From Pedobacter sp. (lineage in GTDB: Bacteria > Desulfobacterota > Desulfuromonadia > Desulfuromonadales > Syntrophotaleaceae): DNA of 64,000 nucleotides. Under the pieces are notes generated by a model. It did not search any database. It saw nothing but the letters and a program-made list of their open reading frames with translations, and was not told the origin of the DNA. Below, in pieces: positions 59,860 through 64,000 of the stretch. The DNA lies in NCBI GenBank assembly GCA_050253415.1, contig JBFWJC010000001.1, positions 584,579-648,578 of the forward strand, written 5' to 3'. The position numbers and the translations under genes were made by a program. Numbering within the stretch: position 1 is the first letter of the stretch; each line of letters starts with the position of its first letter.

Positions 59860-60243
59860 ATGATGAGTAAAGTCCGACCCATCTATCCTTTGACCGTTTT
59901 TTATGACGGAGGCTGCCCCGTCTGTGCCCGGGAAATGGCTTGTTACAAGCGCCGGGTATGCGATGGTCGGCTGTCTTTTGTTGATATCAGCCAGCCTGAT
60001 TTCGACCCGACGCCCTATGGGAGGACGCAGCAGGAATTCATGGCATCCATGCATGTCATGGATGCAAGGGGGCGGTTTTTTATCGGGGTCGAGGCTTTCC
60101 GTGCCCTGTGGTGGGCCATGCCCGGACGGTTTTATCCCTTTATGGCCAACCTCGCCGGTTTGCCGGGAATTCATTCTCTGGCCCGAATGGGATACGATCT
60201 ATTCGCGCGGTTGCGCCGTTACCTTCCCCGGCCCAAACCGTAA
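59860..60243 (+). CDS. DCC1/DUF393-family thiol-disulfide oxidoreductase
   Basis: FYDGGCPVC, GVEAF..LW, Y..FAR.R. Confidence 0.88.
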   Translation: MMSKVRPIYPLTVFYDGGCPVCAREMACYKRRVCDGRLSFVDISQPDFDPTPYGRTQQEFMASMHVMDARGRFFIGVEAFRALWWAMPGRFYPFMANLAGLPGIHSLARMGYDLFARLRRYLPRPKP

Positions 60244-60389
60244 TGCTGTTCCGGGAAAGTTGTCTCTATTCCGTGCATTGAAGTCTAATTGCCTGTTTTC
60301 GTTGTATTAATATGCTTGATGCGGTATCGTTCGCAGAATATCCGGTTCGGCTTCTTCAGGAGCTGACCGTTAACAGGGAGAGCTTGAGA

Positions 60390-61013
60390 TTGCAGATAAA
60401 ATCCGCCGAATTTATCAAGGGGGCTGCCAAGCCCGTTGGCTATCCGCCAGGCGACCAGCCTGAAATTGCTTTTGCCGGGCGCAGTAATGTCGGCAAGAGT
60501 TCGCTTATCAATGTTCTGGTCAATCGTCGCGGTCTGGTGCGCACTTCTTCCACCCCCGGACGTACCCAAATGCTGAATTTTTTTGAAGTTAACCAGGAGT
60601 TCATGTTGGTCGATCTTCCGGGTTTCGGCTTTGCCAAGGTGCCGGTTGCGGTTAAAAATGCCTGGGGAGCCATGGCCAGGACCTATCTGGAGAACCGTTC
60701 AAATCTCAAAGCCGTGATCCTGCTGTTCGATATCCGCCGCGTCCCCCGGGGAGAAGAGCTGCAATTGCTCGATTGGCTGGAAGAGTTGAATATTCCGACA
60801 ATTCCCGTGATCACCAAGGTGGATAAGATTTCAAAAAATCGGCGCAGTGCCCAGATCCGTCCGATCCTGGAGGCTACCGGGCTGCCGCAGGAAGCTTTTT
60901 CGTTTTTTTCCGCTCACACGCGAGAAGGACGGGATGACGTTTTGCAGCGTATTGAAATGGCCCTCTCGGTTGAGGATTCCGAGGTCGAAGAAGCTGCGCA
61001 CGATTCCGAATAA
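60390..61013 (+). CDS. engB: Ribosome biogenesis GTPase EngB (YihA/YsxC)
   Basis: [23 protein letters not shown]. Start approximate. Confidence 0.94.
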   Translation: MQIKSAEFIKGAAKPVGYPPGDQPEIAFAGRSNVGKSSLINVLVNRRGLVRTSSTPGRTQMLNFFEVNQEFMLVDLPGFGFAKVPVAVKNAWGAMARTYLENRSNLKAVILLFDIRRVPRGEELQLLDWLEELNIPTIPVITKVDKISKNRRSAQIRPILEATGLPQEAFSFFSAHTREGRDDVLQRIEMALSVEDSEVEEAAHDSE

Positions 61014-61025
61014 TAGGGGTGTTTA

Positions 61026-61667
61026 GTGGGACTATCTGTAACAGACCGGACTGAGCAAGCGCCTCGCCCGGGACGAACCCGATTGTACCTGGTGCGTCAT
61101 GGGCAAGTGGAAGGGTTTGAACAGCATCGCTACAACGGACAGGCCGATGTGCATTTGACCGAGCTGGGCTGGCAACAGTATCACTCACTGCAGAGCCGTC
61201 TTAAGGATCGCCCGCTGGCGGCCGTTTATAGCAGCGATTTGCAACGGTGCCTGCAAGGTGCCCGATTGCTTGCCGAGCCCCACAGGCTGGAGCCGATCCC
61301 TTTGCCGGCTTTACGCGAATTGCATATCGGTCAGTGGCAGGGGATTACCTGGCAGGAATTGCAGCAGAACTTTCCCAGGCAATGGGAGGAGCGTCTCAAG
61401 GATATCGCGCATTACAGGGTGCCCGACGGTGAAAATCTGCTCGATCTGTCCCAGCGTGTACTGCCTGCCCTTAAATCCTTGCTGGCCGCGCATGCCCGGC
61501 AAGAAGTCCTGGTGGTCGGTCATGGTGCCGTCAACCGGGTCATCCTGCTCGATGCCGTGGGGGCGTCTTTGCAGTCGGTGTTCCGGATTGAGCAGGCTTA
61601 CGGATGCCTCAATATCATCGACTACCTTGAGGATGGTACCGGTACCGTGCAGCTTTTAAATGGTTGA
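61026..61667 (+). CDS. cobC: Alpha-ribazole phosphatase (histidine phosphatase)
   Basis: RHG, SSDLQRC, LRELHIG.W.G, GE, HGAVNR; next to cbi genes. Confidence 0.75.
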   Translation: MGLSVTDRTEQAPRPGRTRLYLVRHGQVEGFEQHRYNGQADVHLTELGWQQYHSLQSRLKDRPLAAVYSSDLQRCLQGARLLAEPHRLEPIPLPALRELHIGQWQGITWQELQQNFPRQWEERLKDIAHYRVPDGENLLDLSQRVLPALKSLLAAHARQEVLVVGHGAVNRVILLDAVGASLQSVFRIEQAYGCLNIIDYLEDGTGTVQLLNG

Positions 61668-62088
61668 TGAGGGGGGAATGCTGGTGGGAGATAACCCGGC
61701 AGTGCTGATCGTAGCTCACGGTTCTCGACGTGCTCAGGCTGGTGATGTGCTTGAGAACATGGCAGTTCAGATGCGGCAGCGGCTTGGTGCAACGAGAGTG
61801 GATGTAGCATTTCTTGAGAATGGCGACCCCCATGTCGCTGCGGCCATCGAAAATTGTTTTTCGGCTGGGGTGCGACGCTTGGTGGTGATCCCCTTCTTTT
61901 TGTTGCCCGGGGTGCATGTGACGGTTGACCTTCCCAGGGAAATCGCCGCGGCCCGCCAGGCCTTCCCTTCCTTGCAAATTGTACAGGCGGATTTTCTCGG
62001 TGCCCAGCCTGCGCTTGGAGGGGTGCTTTGCGACCTGTTTCGGGATTGTGTTAAAACGGCTCGCTGGTTCGACTTCGAAAGGGATTAA
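61660..62088 (+). CDS. cbiX: Short CbiX/SirB-type chelatase
   Basis: AHGSR, AFLE, PFFLLPGVH..DLP. Confidence 0.8.
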   Translation: MVDEGGMLVGDNPAVLIVAHGSRRAQAGDVLENMAVQMRQRLGATRVDVAFLENGDPHVAAAIENCFSAGVRRLVVIPFFLLPGVHVTVDLPREIAAARQAFPSLQIVQADFLGAQPALGGVLCDLFRDCVKTARWFDFERD

Positions 62089-62257
62089 ATAACCGTATAT
62101 GCCCCTTTTGCAAGCAAGCTGTTCTCCTTGACGCAAGGGGGCATGGCAGTTACAGTGTGTTCTTTAGCTTAATGTACCTGCTTGTCGAAGGTGCAGAGGC
62201 GGCGGAAGATGTGTTGTCGTTTCGCTTGCTATCAAGCGGTTGTGGGGAGTGGCAGGT

Positions 62258-63469
62258 ATGAAGAAAATTTATGTGATCGGTGCTGGAGTCGAAGGGCAGG
62301 AGGGTTTCAGTCGCAGGGCTCTGGATCTCGTCGAGCAGGCGGATATTTTATTCGGACGCCCCAAGCAGTTGGCGTTGTTCCCTAACTTCCCCGGTGAAAA
62401 GGTCAATACCGACCAGGATTTTTCGGATGTGGTCAATCGGCTCAAGGCAACCGATCGCCGGGTTGTCGTGTTGGCCTCCGGTGACCCCCTGTTTTTCGGT
62501 ATCGGTCGGCAATTGCTACGCAATTTCCAGGAAGACGAGTTGGAATTCGTACCCAATGTCAGTTCCGTGCAGTATGCTTTTGCCAAACTGGGTATTCCCT
62601 GGGACGATGCCGTTTTCCTGTCCTGCAAGGGGCACGCAACCGAAGACATGGTGGATCGTATCATCGCCTGTGATAAAGCGGCGCTGCTTACCGACACCCG
62701 GAACACTCCCGGCTCCATTGCCCGGGAGATGATTCTCCGTGGTCGCGATGGATATGCGGCCTATGTCTGCGAAAATCTTGGTACATCCGAAGAACGTATC
62801 GTACGGACCGATGTCCGTGGCCTGCTTGATGCGCAAGTGGCATCTCTCAATGTCCTGGTGCTGGTAAAGCAATACGAAGCCTTTGCCGAAGCCTCTCGTC
62901 CCGTGCTCGGTATCCCCGATGACACATTCAGCGCTATTAAGAAGCAGATCACGCGTGAAGAAGTCCGTGCCATAACCCTGGCCAAGCTGCGGTTATGCCA
63001 CGATACGGTGCTTTGGGACATCGGTGCCGGCTCGGGCTCGGTAAGTATCGAGGCGGATCATTTGATGCCCAACGGCAGAGTATTCGCTATCGAACAAAAC
63101 GAGCAGTACCAGGAGTTTATCCGGGAAAACCTGCGCAAGTTTCACTCCCGGCACGTATCGATCGTTGAAGGCGAAGCGCCAGCCTGTCTTGAATTGCTGC
63201 CGGACCCCGACCGGGTATTTATCGGAGGCTCAGGCGGTAATTTATGGGACATCCTGGAGGTTGTCGATCAGCGTTTGGCCATCGGCGGTCGCGTCGTGGT
63301 CAATGCCATTACCCTGGATACTCTTTCGGCTGCCAGTGAATTTTTGGAAAATGCCGGTTACCGGGTGGAAGTTACCAGCGTCAATATCGCGCGTACCCGA
63401 CCTTCGACCGATTATAAAATGTTAGAAGCTTTCCATCCGGTGTTTATACTTTTGGCGGATAAGGAATAA
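62258..63469 (+). CDS. cbiET: Bifunctional cobalt-precorrin C5/C15 methyltransferase
   Basis: VIGAG, LASGDPLFFGIG, SSVQYAFA, ENLG, ITREEVR, WDIGAGSGSVSIE, FIGGSGG. Confidence 0.92.
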   Translation: MKKIYVIGAGVEGQEGFSRRALDLVEQADILFGRPKQLALFPNFPGEKVNTDQDFSDVVNRLKATDRRVVVLASGDPLFFGIGRQLLRNFQEDELEFVPNVSSVQYAFAKLGIPWDDAVFLSCKGHATEDMVDRIIACDKAALLTDTRNTPGSIAREMILRGRDGYAAYVCENLGTSEERIVRTDVRGLLDAQVASLNVLVLVKQYEAFAEASRPVLGIPDDTFSAIKKQITREEVRAITLAKLRLCHDTVLWDIGAGSGSVSIEADHLMPNGRVFAIEQNEQYQEFIRENLRKFHSRHVSIVEGEAPACLELLPDPDRVFIGGSGGNLWDILEVVDQRLAIGGRVVVNAITLDTLSAASEFLENAGYRVEVTSVNIARTRPSTDYKMLEAFHPVFILLADKE

Positions 63470-63573
63470 AGTCAGCCGGCTGCAGGTTCGCGGATCGGAA
63501 ACCTTTGTAAAAAGGCAGATGTGCGGGCGGCGGGTTGATGGTGTACTGGTTTTTGGCTTAAGGAGGGTTGATC

Positions 63574-64000
63574 ATGAACCTGCAGGACATTCTGAATCTG
63601 GCAAGCGGGCCGCAAGGCTGGTTATTGATTGGCAGCGGTATTTTACTGTTGCTGGTACTGTTGGTTTACCGGCGGATTGGCAAGCTGGCGGTCGCTACCC
63701 GCAACGATTTGGCGGAAATGCGCCAAACCATAGCGCAACTTGCGGATCGTTTGGACACAGTACCCGAAGCATTGACTTCGATTTCTGCAGCGGTTGGTGG
63801 GGAAAAAGCTTCTTCGTCTTTGGCGGAACCCAACCTTGCCGAAGAGCCGGAAGCATCCGTTGAGGATACGTACGGTTATGCTGTCGCACCGGCCATCGAG
63901 GATGACACCGATCTGACCGAAGCCGAGGCAGTATTTACGCCGGATGCCGTCAGTGAACTGTCCGGTGAATTGCCGGGCGCTGCCGAAGAGCCGGAAGCAT
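63574..64000 (+). CDS. Partial membrane-anchored acidic protein running off the window edge
   Basis: AGGAGG RBS, ATG 63574, one TM helix, short coiled coil, then an E/D/A/P-rich tract; frame open to 64000; not in the ORF track. Confidence 0.7.
   Translation, partial: MNLQDILNLASGPQGWLLIGSGILLLLVLLVYRRIGKLAVATRNDLAEMRQTIAQLADRLDTVPEALTSISAAVGGEKASSSLAEPNLAEEPEASVEDTYGYAVAPAIEDDTDLTEAEAVFTPDAVSELSGELPGAAEEPEA

Noticed and set aside
62089..62257. Cobalamin riboswitch before cbiET
   Set aside because: No GGGAA / GCCACTG / B12-box elements, and the gap is short

Overview
A gene-dense, GC-rich chromosomal segment from an anaerobic deltaproteobacterium. Gene content and style suggest Desulfuromonadales (Pelobacter/Syntrophotalea/Geobacter-like); this is inference. 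From left to right it holds: a SPOR-NlpC/P60 hydrolase; a nitrosative/oxidative stress island (hcp divergent from perR-rubrerythrin-rubredoxin-flavodiiron protein, with candidate HcpR and PerR boxes); ClC-CBS channel and pcrA; a complete pgaABCD (PNAG biofilm) operon; an accessory stretch (DUF4139, a CACGAAG-unit palindrome, nucleotidyltransferase plus TerC, spermidine-synthase-like methyltransferase, a zinc-ribbon/TM2/Geobacter-pilin-like fusion, a GNAT-deacetylase fusion); modABC; a class V aminotransferase under a clear ZMP/ZTP riboswitch; CIRCE-groESL; a ThiI-like PP-loop enzyme; moaA; glcD-glcF plus a triheme cytochrome; radA, a stand-alone PgaB-type hydrolase, and moaC; dksA and a GAF kinase; a CoA-acylating aldehyde dehydrogenase; nitroreductases, folA, an MCE/Mla transporter, mobB, a second triheme cytochrome, engB, and cobalamin genes (cobC, cbiX, cbiET). 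I found no rRNA, tRNA, CRISPR, IS or prophage. The best leads are the membrane-tethered e-pilin-like fusion, the ZTP-controlled aminotransferase, the acetylase/deacetylase fusion and the orphan PNAG hydrolase. All calls come from reading motifs by eye; no database searches were run.
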